From positions 1-24,415 of the IMG/VR virus record IMGVR_UViG_3300021255_002784: a stretch of 24,415 bases of DNA. One strand, given 5' to 3'. Below the pieces are notes generated by a model. The model was not told where the DNA came from and did no database searches. It worked only from the letters and a program-made list of their open reading frames with translations. The DNA comes from a virus (lineage: Duplodnaviria > Heunggongvirae > Uroviricota > Caudoviricetes). Every line of letters begins with the position of its first letter. Position 1 is the first letter of the stretch. This document shows, one piece after another, positions 9,536 to 17,313 of the stretch. A program made the translations under genes and the position numbers.

Positions 9536-11248
9536 ATGACTATTCCAACATATTCTAGTCTGACTGCTGGCGCCGCGTCCGAAAAGTCTATGAAAATTCG
9601 TTATCCCGAATTTTGCCAATATCTCACAAAAACGTATCCGAATCTATCTTGGAGAGAGAAACTGTATTGGTACTTTCATCAGATATCAGAGTACCCTGTG
9701 TGCCCTGTGTGTGGATCGACGACCTCATTCATCAACATGAAAGAAGGCTATCGAACATATTGTTGTCGAACCTGTATGAACCGCGACCCTAACAAACAGG
9801 AGCGAACACGGATGACCTGTAACGAGAAATATGGCGGAAACGCTCCAGCTTGTTCATCAGATATTCAAAACAAGATGCATCAGACCAATATAGAACGTTA
9901 TGGGGTTGAAAATGCAATGCAAAACAAAAGTGTGTCTCAAAAATCTCATGACACAAACGTAAAAAAATACGGTGGTTGCGGAAATGCGTCTGTAGGATTA
10001 TTGGACAAGTACAAGCAAACCAATCTATCGAAATACGGCGCCGAGAACGTGATGCAAACCGAATCGGGCCGAACTCGATTAAAAGAAACATTTGTACGAA
10101 AGTATGGAGTAATTCACCCATCTCAAATAAAAGGAATTGGAGACAAAATAGCCCGATCGCGCAGAAACCACACGCTTAATAAATATGATGACGTGATATC
10201 CATTTCAGATGACGATGTTTGGATATGTAAATGTCCCCACCCTGAATGTACTAGGTGCATTGAAAAAACTTATAAGGTACATGGAAATGTATATCGAGAC
10301 CGAAAACGCGATCACACTGAACGGTGCACCAGATTACTCAAAGAGTGTAACACCAGGACTTCAGGAACATCTATCGAACTGTTTATCAGAAACATTTTGG
10401 ATGAAATCGGCGTGACTTATATATGCAATGATAAAACGATCATCTGCCCTAAAGAATTGGATTTGGTTATCCCTGACCACCATATTGCTATAGAATGTAA
10501 TGGTATTCAGTCCCATTATTATCCACACAAAGAACCTTCGTATCATTATAAAAAATATCAGGTCTGTCAAAAGAAAGGGATTCAGTTGCTTACCATATGG
10601 CAAGACCAGATTGAAAATTGTCCTGGCGTGGTTCGATCGATCATCAGGTCGAAACTGGGAATATACGATCGTCGAACATATGCCCGCAAATGTGAAGTAG
10701 TCGAACTCGAACCATCCATCTGCTGTGAATTTCTGGATAATAATCATATACAAGGCCGCACCAGTGCTAAGGTTCACTTAGGTCTGTTGTATGAAGGTGA
10801 TATAGTGTGTGTTATGACCTTTGGATCCAAACGTGGATGTTCTGGTAACAACAAGTCAACAGCAAATGAATGGGAGTTGAGTAGGTTTTGCACGATCACG
10901 AACACTCAGGTTGTGGGCGGGGCTGCTAAGTTGCTCAAATATTTTATCAGACATTATCATCCTACAACTATATATAGTTTCTCTTCAAACGACATTAGCG
11001 ATGGGGGCCTATATAAAAAGTTGGGTTTTACTGAATGTGGATCTAACCAGAGTTACTGGTACATAGACATCAGGTCCATGAAAAGATATCATCGTTCGAC
11101 ATTTACCAAAGATTCTATTGTTGATCGAGGATGGAAAGACACCAAAGACGGATGGACCGAACAAGAGGTCATGCTGGATCATGGGTACTATCAGATATAT
11201 GATTCGGGGCAAATCAAATGGGTTCTGGATTGCACTAAAATTATTTGA
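9536..11248 (+). CDS. Hef-like free-standing homing endonuclease (Zn ribbon, KYG repeats, Vsr/DUF559-like nuclease, GNAT-like C-terminus)
   Basis: CPVCG...CCRTC zinc ribbon; five T(N)xxKYG/RYG repeats; ELDLVIPDHHIAIECNGIQSH...KKYQVCQKKGIQLLTIWQD nuclease-like segment; C-terminal WELSRFC...GGAAKLLKYF...YKKLGF...IYDSGQIKW typical of Hef-like proteins in large phages. Confidence 0.75.
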   Translation: MTIPTYSSLTAGAASEKSMKIRYPEFCQYLTKTYPNLSWREKLYWYFHQISEYPVCPVCGSTTSFINMKEGYRTYCCRTCMNRDPNKQERTRMTCNEKYGGNAPACSSDIQNKMHQTNIERYGVENAMQNKSVSQKSHDTNVKKYGGCGNASVGLLDKYKQTNLSKYGAENVMQTESGRTRLKETFVRKYGVIHPSQIKGIGDKIARSRRNHTLNKYDDVISISDDDVWICKCPHPECTRCIEKTYKVHGNVYRDRKRDHTERCTRLLKECNTRTSGTSIELFIRNILDEIGVTYICNDKTIICPKELDLVIPDHHIAIECNGIQSHYYPHKEPSYHYKKYQVCQKKGIQLLTIWQDQIENCPGVVRSIIRSKLGIYDRRTYARKCEVVELEPSICCEFLDNNHIQGRTSAKVHLGLLYEGDIVCVMTFGSKRGCSGNNKSTANEWELSRFCTITNTQVVGGAAKLLKYFIRHYHPTTIYSFSSNDISDGGLYKKLGFTECGSNQSYWYIDIRSMKRYHRSTFTKDSIVDRGWKDTKDGWTEQEVMLDHGYYQIYDSGQIKWVLDCTKII

Positions 11249-11310
11249 ATTATTCACTAAATTTTTTCAGCCTTTTTATATATATAATTGTAACAAAAAT
11301 TATTAAGCAT

Positions 11311-11490
11311 ATGTTCCAGGTAAAAGACATCAATGTTAAAGATTGGAAGAGTTATAAATATATGGTGGTGAAACCTCAAAAAGATGGTTTTCACTACTAT
11401 ATGGTGTGTAGCAATTTTACTACTGCCGACCGAGTATCAAAGCGCATCAGTGGACTTTTGATGACGACTTCTGAGGTGGAAGCTATTTGA
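11311..11490 (+). CDS. Small hypothetical protein
   Basis: 59 aa from ATG 11311 (MFQVKDINVKDW...), after an AT-rich intergenic region. Confidence 0.6.
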   Translation: MFQVKDINVKDWKSYKYMVVKPQKDGFHYYMVCSNFTTADRVSKRISGLLMTTSEVEAI

Positions 11491-11506
11491 TTCTAAAACA
11501 ATCTAT

Positions 11507-11788
11507 ATGAAACCTGTACGAGCTACATTGACAAAGAAGCAAAAGGATTTCTTGTTTCAGTACTTTCCTGAAGACAATATGTTCACTTCTCAAAAAGAGA
11601 TAGACAAGATCACCGAAGTATTAAAATTGGACAGCGACAAGTCCGAGGAGTGGTACCGTTTGTTGCGCGGCGCCGTGGTGGAGTTCTACCACCCCATGAT
11701 AGATCAGGACTTCAAGTGCATGTACAGCATGCAGAGTGTTACTGCAGTGATTGATTACTACAAAGTAAAGAAAGGATACCCAGTATGA
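11507..11788 (+). CDS. Hypothetical protein
   Basis: 93-aa ORF with an ATGA overlap to the next gene. Confidence 0.75.
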   Translation: MKPVRATLTKKQKDFLFQYFPEDNMFTSQKEIDKITEVLKLDSDKSEEWYRLLRGAVVEFYHPMIDQDFKCMYSMQSVTAVIDYYKVKKGYPV

Positions 11789-12051
11789 CATACCCACACA
11801 TCAACATCAACATAACTACCAGAGTGGTGCTCACGGAGTACGGAGCAAAAGTCATCAACCAGTACAATAAAGAATATCATATATCCGATGATAAAGACTT
11901 TGATGAAAAGATATTTCCTACTAACTACAAGGAAGACGACGTTATTGAACGAGCCCTTTGGGAGTTGATGATGATATTCGGGCCACGCATCACTCAAGGT
12001 GGCCCGATCCCATTTATGTCTAACAACATAACGCTGATCAATGTTTTATGA
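11785..12051 (+). CDS. Hypothetical phage protein
   Basis: 88 aa. VVLTEYG...LWELMMIFG pattern recalls a widespread small phage family. ATGA overlaps on both sides. Confidence 0.75.
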   Translation: MTYPHININITTRVVLTEYGAKVINQYNKEYHISDDKDFDEKIFPTNYKEDDVIERALWELMMIFGPRITQGGPIPFMSNNITLINVL

Positions 12052-12692
12052 TGCCGGATGAAGAATACGAATATCGAACCAAGAATCACAAGACGCGCCT
12101 AGCTCGAGTGACTTTGTACTTGGAAGTACCTACTCAAAATGCTAATGGTAGAGTCAAAGAAGAAGACGATACCCTATCGAGTATAGAAACTATTCTGTTC
12201 AACAAAGGTTATATTCCTACTGGTCCTGGGGATATCAGTCTGTCACCGATTTTTGATGACGATGTGTTCTCGTACAAACGACCAGTAGGATATTTGGCAC
12301 CAGATGGCAAGTTCTATGTCATCGAGGAAGAAGAGAACGGTCTAGCCCATTTGGAAGTGTCTGGGGTTGTATATAATAAATATATAAAAACACGGTATAT
12401 CCAGATGAACCGCCTGGGTGGGTGTTTTGAGGATACACTGGAAAAGAACGGATTTATCAAAGTTCATATTCAGGACATCAGATACTTCGCGCATATGTAT
12501 ATTGGTAAGGACTCTCTTACAGGCGAAGAGAACTACACTCCTGATCCGACTCCTGAACAAATTCGAGCACTGATTAAGTACTGCAAGCATTTCAACTTAG
12601 AAGGAGAAAACTTTATCAACGAAAAACGTTTTGACTCGAGGATTTTACGAAATGGTGACCCATTGTCTATTAGAAAACTATTCGAGATATGA
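12048..12692 (+). CDS. Hypothetical phage protein
   Basis: 214 aa. GYLAPDGKFY...H...LEKNGFIKVH pattern recalls uncharacterised phage proteins. ATGA-coupled. Confidence 0.75.
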   Translation: MMPDEEYEYRTKNHKTRLARVTLYLEVPTQNANGRVKEEDDTLSSIETILFNKGYIPTGPGDISLSPIFDDDVFSYKRPVGYLAPDGKFYVIEEEENGLAHLEVSGVVYNKYIKTRYIQMNRLGGCFEDTLEKNGFIKVHIQDIRYFAHMYIGKDSLTGEENYTPDPTPEQIRALIKYCKHFNLEGENFINEKRFDSRILRNGDPLSIRKLFEI

Positions 12693-13144
12693 AAAACTAC
12701 AATGACATACTGGACACACTAATTATGTCCGCAATGAAAGAGCGCAACGAGGTTCGAGTGCGTACTCTTCGTGCAATGAAAGCCAATTTCACAGAGTGGA
12801 AGACCGCCAAACAAAATATCGGTAAAGAACTTACTGAGGAGGTCGAATTACAGATCATTAACAAGATGGTCAAAGAGCGTACTGAGTCGGCTGACCTGTA
12901 CGAGCAAGGTCATCGTCCGGATCTTGCTGAAGCAGAAAAGGCAGAAATCGACATCCTGAATGAGTTCCTTCCTGTACCAGCTACTGAAGAAGATATTTTG
13001 AAGTGTTTTAACGATGTAATTGGGCAAGATGACATTGAACCTATTAAAAAGAATATGGGTGTCATCATCAAGACTATCAAATCCATACTTCCTGGTGCGG
13101 ATGGCAAACTGGTATCTCAAATAGTAATGAAACGACTAAATTGA
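12689..13144 (+). CDS. GatB/YqeY domain protein
   Basis: AMKERNEVRVRTLRAMK...IINKMVKERTESADLYEQGHRPDLAEAEKAEIDILNEFLP...KNMGVIIK...ADGKLVSQIV matches the YqeY family pattern along its whole length. Confidence 0.9.
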   Translation: MKNYNDILDTLIMSAMKERNEVRVRTLRAMKANFTEWKTAKQNIGKELTEEVELQIINKMVKERTESADLYEQGHRPDLAEAEKAEIDILNEFLPVPATEEDILKCFNDVIGQDDIEPIKKNMGVIIKTIKSILPGADGKLVSQIVMKRLN

Positions 13145-13145
13145 T

Positions 13146-13370
13146 ATGTACTACACACCAGATTCACCAGGTGGGACTGATCTGGATCAGTTCTGTGAAG
13201 TCTTCAAAAAACTCGTCAAAGACAAGGTCAAAAGCATCGAGTACTGTGGGCTTGGTGTAATCACCATAACCTTTAAGGACGGTACGAAATGTGGGTCGAT
13301 GTTGCCTTGGTTTAGATCAGGTCTTATTGACAAGGATTCGTTCGTCGAACAGTATCGCACCACAAAATAA
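13146..13370 (+). CDS. Small hypothetical protein
   Basis: 74-aa ORF starting 1 nt after the previous stop. Confidence 0.65.
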   Translation: MYYTPDSPGGTDLDQFCEVFKKLVKDKVKSIEYCGLGVITITFKDGTKCGSMLPWFRSGLIDKDSFVEQYRTTK

Positions 13371-13383
13371 GAGTCAAAATAAC

Positions 13384-13440
13384 ATGAACATAAGATTTAA
13401 CAAAGAAGACAAAACGACATTCCAGTACTGGTTCACGTAA
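13384..13440 (+). pseudogene. Probable truncated gene start (MNIRFNKEDKTTFQYWFT*)
   Basis: ATG in an A-rich context 13 nt after the previous stop. The TAA falls inside the 42-bp repeat. The peptide recalls the start of a phage HD-like family (...STFxYWFAHW...), from memory only. Confidence 0.35.
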
Positions 13441-13474
13441 GACCTACATAATTGCATTATAACGCAAGATCTCC
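13433..13474 (+). repeat. Dispersed 42-bp repeat, copy A
   Basis: tcacgtaagacctacataattgcattataacgcaagatctcc is 36/42 identical to the reverse complement of 20295-20336. Confidence 0.9.
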
Positions 13475-13536
13475 GGTTGAGTTAATAAATTATAAGACTC
13501 AATATAGATATTGTGTTAAATCAAAGAAAAACGCGC

Positions 13537-13569
13537 AAAAAATAAGGATTACCCTTCCGGATAATCCTT
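13537..13569 (-). terminator. Intrinsic terminator of the minus-strand operon ending at 13590
   Basis: aaggatta...taatcctt stem (13544-13569) with an A-run on its left (U-run on -). Confidence 0.7.
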
Positions 13570-13589
13570 TAATTTTTGAATAGGTGTTA

Positions 13590-14291
13590 TCAGAACGCAG
13601 TCCAGACACCTTTTTCAGGATCCCACCACTGGTTGTTGTCGTTGGAATAAATGAAATGAACTTCATCGTCTCCAGAGGCCTTGCAAGTCTTCGAAATAAA
13701 GTTGGCTGCAGTCACTTTGTATCCGTTTCCGAGGAGGGCGTGGACAGCCTTGTCGACGTACTTCTTGTCGAAGTCCTTGTTGTGTTTAAGGATATCTTCA
13801 ACAAGTGATTCCAGTTCAGTATCTGATAGTGAATCAAGATCCAAACGTTCATCGGGTGTTTTTTCCAATGACTCATACAAGAACTCAGTTAGACTCTTCA
13901 TACGGAAACTCTCCTTGACCTTAGTAAGCTCGCGAAGCTTGTACATACAAGAATCGATAAGTCCTACCACATCATCTAAATCACTTTCGAGCTCAGGAAC
14001 TTCATTCAGTAGTTTACGGCCGGCATCACACACGGAATGAAGTTCTTCCAGGTACTCTAGTGCGTCGTATTCGTCGGCATCGAGCACGTTCTTGTAGTCA
14101 CCAACTTTCTGTTTGTTATGTCCCATGAAGTCTTCGATGAGTTTGTCGACCTTCTCGGGCATCTCTTTGTAGAACTCATCCAGGATAACGTGAACATCAT
14201 GATTGTCCGCTTTGAGGTGCTTACGCCATTCAGCTACAACACTCTGCTGAAGAGTTCCGAACAGTTCTTCTATTGATTTTATTGTCACCAT
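13590..14291 (-). CDS. Dps/ferritin-like (DUF5856-type) domain fused to a second ~100-aa domain
   Basis: KHLKADNHDVHVILDEFYKEMPEKVDKLIE contains H-x14-D-x3-E, the spacing of the Dps ferroxidase residues H63/D78/E82. The second module begins at M131 (MKSLTEFLYES). Confidence 0.65.
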   Translation of the reverse strand: MVTIKSIEELFGTLQQSVVAEWRKHLKADNHDVHVILDEFYKEMPEKVDKLIEDFMGHNKQKVGDYKNVLDADEYDALEYLEELHSVCDAGRKLLNEVPELESDLDDVVGLIDSCMYKLRELTKVKESFRMKSLTEFLYESLEKTPDERLDLDSLSDTELESLVEDILKHNKDFDKKYVDKAVHALLGNGYKVTAANFISKTCKASGDDEVHFIYSNDNNQWWDPEKGVWTAF

Positions 14292-14307
14292 GTTATATTA
14301 GTGTTTA

Positions 14308-14961
14308 TTAAAGGATGTATGCTTTGTTGTCGAAAAATCCGATGATATGAGTGCCATCACTCAAGTTGACCACGCACCAATTATTACCATAGATGTTAAC
14401 AGATTCATTCATCGCCTTGGCCATAGCGAACGGATTGTCGTTAGCACAAGAGGCAACCTCCATAATATCACCGTGACGAGAAAGGAATCGACCGTTTTGT
14501 GGAATAGCACTTTCACTGGTTACAAAAGAAGCACCGGATACCTGACAGCAGCAGTCAGGACATGCATTTACACATACTCCCCCTTTACCATCTTCCGGTC
14601 CTTTAGGCTCTTCGATCGGTTTGAGCATATAAACATTATCCCCGTTCAGTACATCATAGGTACCTACCAGATTATACCCGGACATGAAGTCACCAAAACT
14701 CCAATACCCAGACTGCCTGAAGTTGACTCCACCGTACATAGATGCATAGATGAACTGATCAAACTTGCGAGGGTCGGAAATAATATGCCCTGTAACCACT
14801 ATACGCCCATCATCAAGACGGGACATATGAGTATCTGTTGCTGCTCCGAAGGTGTTGTTGTACGCACGACATATAGGGCATTGTTCCGGTATGGTTGGAG
14901 CAATTGGTGTATAATGGAATGCGGCAACGCCTTTTGCAATAAGTTGACTAAATTTGTCCAT
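14308..14961 (-). CDS. Hypothetical Cys-rich protein
   Basis: 217 aa with CPIC and CVNACPDCCC clusters. Co-directional within the 16732->13590 operon. Confidence 0.75.
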   Translation of the reverse strand: MDKFSQLIAKGVAAFHYTPIAPTIPEQCPICRAYNNTFGAATDTHMSRLDDGRIVVTGHIISDPRKFDQFIYASMYGGVNFRQSGYWSFGDFMSGYNLVGTYDVLNGDNVYMLKPIEEPKGPEDGKGGVCVNACPDCCCQVSGASFVTSESAIPQNGRFLSRHGDIMEVASCANDNPFAMAKAMNESVNIYGNNWCVVNLSDGTHIIGFFDNKAYIL

Positions 14962-14978
14962 GTGTTACAATTGTTTAA

Positions 14979-15314
14979 TTATGCACCGAATGACTTGTTG
15001 AGCATACCTACGAGCTCACCCCATTCACCAGCTTCTACAAGATCTTTGTTGTCGTTAAGAAGACCGTCGATAGTATCTTTCATCTTCTTTTTGTCGAGTT
15101 CGTCACCGAACACCTCTTTGAACTTGTTTTCAGCATAATCGCGGAAAGTCTTTTCGTCTTTAATGGATTCGGTGGCTTTATCTGCTTCTTCAGCTTTTTT
15201 CTTTGCTTCTTTAGCATCCTTTTCGACCTTGTTCACCTTATCCTCGAGCTCTTTGATTTTTGCTTCATCAGCCTCATTCAAGTTCTCGTATAAGAAATTA
15301 GTAATGTTCTGCAT
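14979..15314 (-). CDS. Hypothetical acidic/charged helical protein, possible internal head protein
   Basis: 111 aa, E/K/A/D-rich. N-terminus MQNITNFLYENLNEA. Confidence 0.75.
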   Translation of the reverse strand: MQNITNFLYENLNEADEAKIKELEDKVNKVEKDAKEAKKKAEEADKATESIKDEKTFRDYAENKFKEVFGDELDKKKMKDTIDGLLNDNKDLVEAGEWGELVGMLNKSFGA

Positions 15315-15331
15315 ATTGATTTTTGTTTATT

Positions 15332-16732
15332 TTACCATTCTATATTTAACATTTTGGTGGCGGAGATGAGCTCCTCCATATATTCTGCTAAATCAGCATC
15401 TTTCTTGCGGCTCATATTTTCTGTAGGATACACCTCACTAAGGAAGAATACAATCATGCGTCGATTCTTACGAAGCCCAGCATTGAAGACGTCAATTCCT
15501 TTGGTTAGACAATCTAATATGAACTTGGCATCCTCAATATCTAGTTTGTCACATGCACCCAATACAGCACGTTCAAGAACTTTTTTGTCGTTCCAACGAG
15601 TGATACTCTCCAGCATCATGTAAACGTTATCATCATACAGTGCTTCCTTGATAGCACCTTTACCACATAGGGCGTGTTCCAATGCAACTGACTCTGTATA
15701 GGCATCTTTGATAGCACCAGTGATGCTAGCAGCTTTTGGATTGGTACGCAAGAACTTAAGAATCTTGCTGATGATACTGTTTTGGATATTACCATCAGAC
15801 ATACCGAATTTTTTAGCAATGTCTTTGACTTTTTGTCTCTGACCATAATAAGGTCCGAGGCCGAAATAACGGTAGAATATATCCACATCTCGAGCGGAGA
15901 ACTTGTCCTCGATCATCTTATACACTTCTTTCCATCTCTTTTCTTCTCCTTCGTAATCATGTGCACCGTCAGCGGCTCCGAGAGCTTTCAAGTGGTCCTG
16001 ATCAAAATCATCATCATTATCTCCCAGGAAACCATCCAAGGAAACTGCATCCAGCATGGCTGCACCGAAAGTCTCTTCTGCATACCAGTTGGTTCCGGAT
16101 AGGGTATGACCAACAGCATTGATCTCATCAAGAATAGCATGCTGAATAGTATAGGATGCGAATGTGCGGAATGAACTTCCTTTCTCTCGATCCCAGGTAT
16201 TCATAGCATTGACCAGACCCTCAGTACCTGCATCAATCAAGGATGGACGATCTAGACGGCTCTTACCCACGTATTGGTCTGCGATCTTATAAACAATAGG
16301 CATGTACATCTTTATAACGGCGTTACGACCAGCCGGTGTCTCCAAGTCAATAGTCATATCGCTGAGTGATGCCTGACCCGCAAGTATTTCTGCACGCTCT
16401 TTATCTGTTTGATACTGAGGAAGCATACGGATACTTTTGCCTGCTTTCTTGAGTAGCTCATGTAACTCAGAAACCTGAGCATCACTGATACTCAGTTCTT
16501 TGGCAACCTTAGCAAACTGACTCTTGTTCGCGTTGCGTATTTTGTCCAATTGATCAGCAGAAGTAAGGTTCAGACGTTGAGAAATAGCTACTATATCCTT
16601 GATGTTCTGAGGCATGACTCTGTTGACCTTACGAATATAGTTGGTTATTTCAGACTGTAACATAGCTGTTGCATTAGCATGTGCTTCGTGCAATTTTGCT
16701 TCATCAATTACTATCTGGCTAAAATTTTTCAT
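15332..16732 (-). CDS. Sigma70-family RNA polymerase sigma factor with N- and C-terminal extensions
   Basis: Region 2: YMPIVYKIADQY...SLIDAGTEGLVNAMNTWDREKGSSFRTFASYTIQHAILDEI. Region 4 HTH: FSARDVDIFYRYFGL...KVKDIAKKFGMSDGNIQNSIISKILKFLR. Start placed at MKNF (16732); the track starts at 16741. Confidence 0.85.
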   Translation of the reverse strand: MKNFSQIVIDEAKLHEAHANATAMLQSEITNYIRKVNRVMPQNIKDIVAISQRLNLTSADQLDKIRNANKSQFAKVAKELSISDAQVSELHELLKKAGKSIRMLPQYQTDKERAEILAGQASLSDMTIDLETPAGRNAVIKMYMPIVYKIADQYVGKSRLDRPSLIDAGTEGLVNAMNTWDREKGSSFRTFASYTIQHAILDEINAVGHTLSGTNWYAEETFGAAMLDAVSLDGFLGDNDDDFDQDHLKALGAADGAHDYEGEEKRWKEVYKMIEDKFSARDVDIFYRYFGLGPYYGQRQKVKDIAKKFGMSDGNIQNSIISKILKFLRTNPKAASITGAIKDAYTESVALEHALCGKGAIKEALYDDNVYMMLESITRWNDKKVLERAVLGACDKLDIEDAKFILDCLTKGIDVFNAGLRKNRRMIVFFLSEVYPTENMSRKKDADLAEYMEELISATKMLNIEW

Positions 16733-16793
16733 CGAATGCATTATATTATTACCAATAATAAGTCATGATATCTGCAAAATCAAAGGGTTACAA

Positions 16794-17261
16794 ATGATAA
16801 TATACAATTTCATCAAGTATCTGATACTGTCTATCCGGTACAATAGAATCCTTCAAAAAGTATATCAAGAAGAAGGCATCCTACAAGGTCTTTCAAAGAT
16901 GTTTGGGGTCGAGCTGAAACAGGATTGGATTGGGCGCGTATATACTGTCATCAATCCATATGTAGTCGAAGGAAAATACGATCCATCGTCCACTGTGTAT
17001 GAATTGGGCAATGACAATCCTACAGAACAAGTGGTAGAAAAGTTCATCATGGAACGTCTTAACGCCGCACGTGGTTTCATCCGAGCCAATAATCTGTTCG
17101 ATCTGTTGACATATAAAATAACACGATTAGATGATTACGATAACTACCTGTTTGTGATGTATCCTATTCCATATATTGACCTAGCCAAATGGACCAAGTG
17201 GATGATTGGACTGATATCTGTATTAGTGGTGATTGGTGTGATTTTATTGATCGTTCTCTAA
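16794..17261 (+). CDS. Hypothetical protein with C-terminal transmembrane helix
   Basis: Start placed at ATG 16794 (MIIYNFIKYL), since the track's upstream part overlaps the sigma gene. Ends in WMIGLISVLVVIGVILLIVL. Confidence 0.7.
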   Translation: MIIYNFIKYLILSIRYNRILQKVYQEEGILQGLSKMFGVELKQDWIGRVYTVINPYVVEGKYDPSSTVYELGNDNPTEQVVEKFIMERLNAARGFIRANNLFDLLTYKITRLDDYDNYLFVMYPIPYIDLAKWTKWMIGLISVLVVIGVILLIVL

Positions 17262-17313
17262 AAGTAAGGAATATTCTGATATATTATTATGAAAGTTTAA
17301 TTAAACAGTATAT

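Noticed and set aside
13445-13465. cataattgcattataac as a dif/Xer site
   Set aside because: The ATAA/TTAT arms enclose 5 bp rather than 6, the XerD-type arm TTATGTTAAAT is missing, and the palindrome is broken in copy B.
13433-13474. 42-bp repeat as a CRISPR repeat or mini-array
   Set aside because: Only two copies, 6.8 kb apart and inverted. There is no repeat-spacer periodicity and no cas gene in the window.
14347-15138. 263-aa plus-strand ORF, and the other opposite-strand ORFs in the track (e.g. 2697-3077, 8650-9021, 19829-20350, 16865-17089, 17287-17619)
   Set aside because: They lie antisense to well-supported genes, show no motifs and are typical shadow ORFs.
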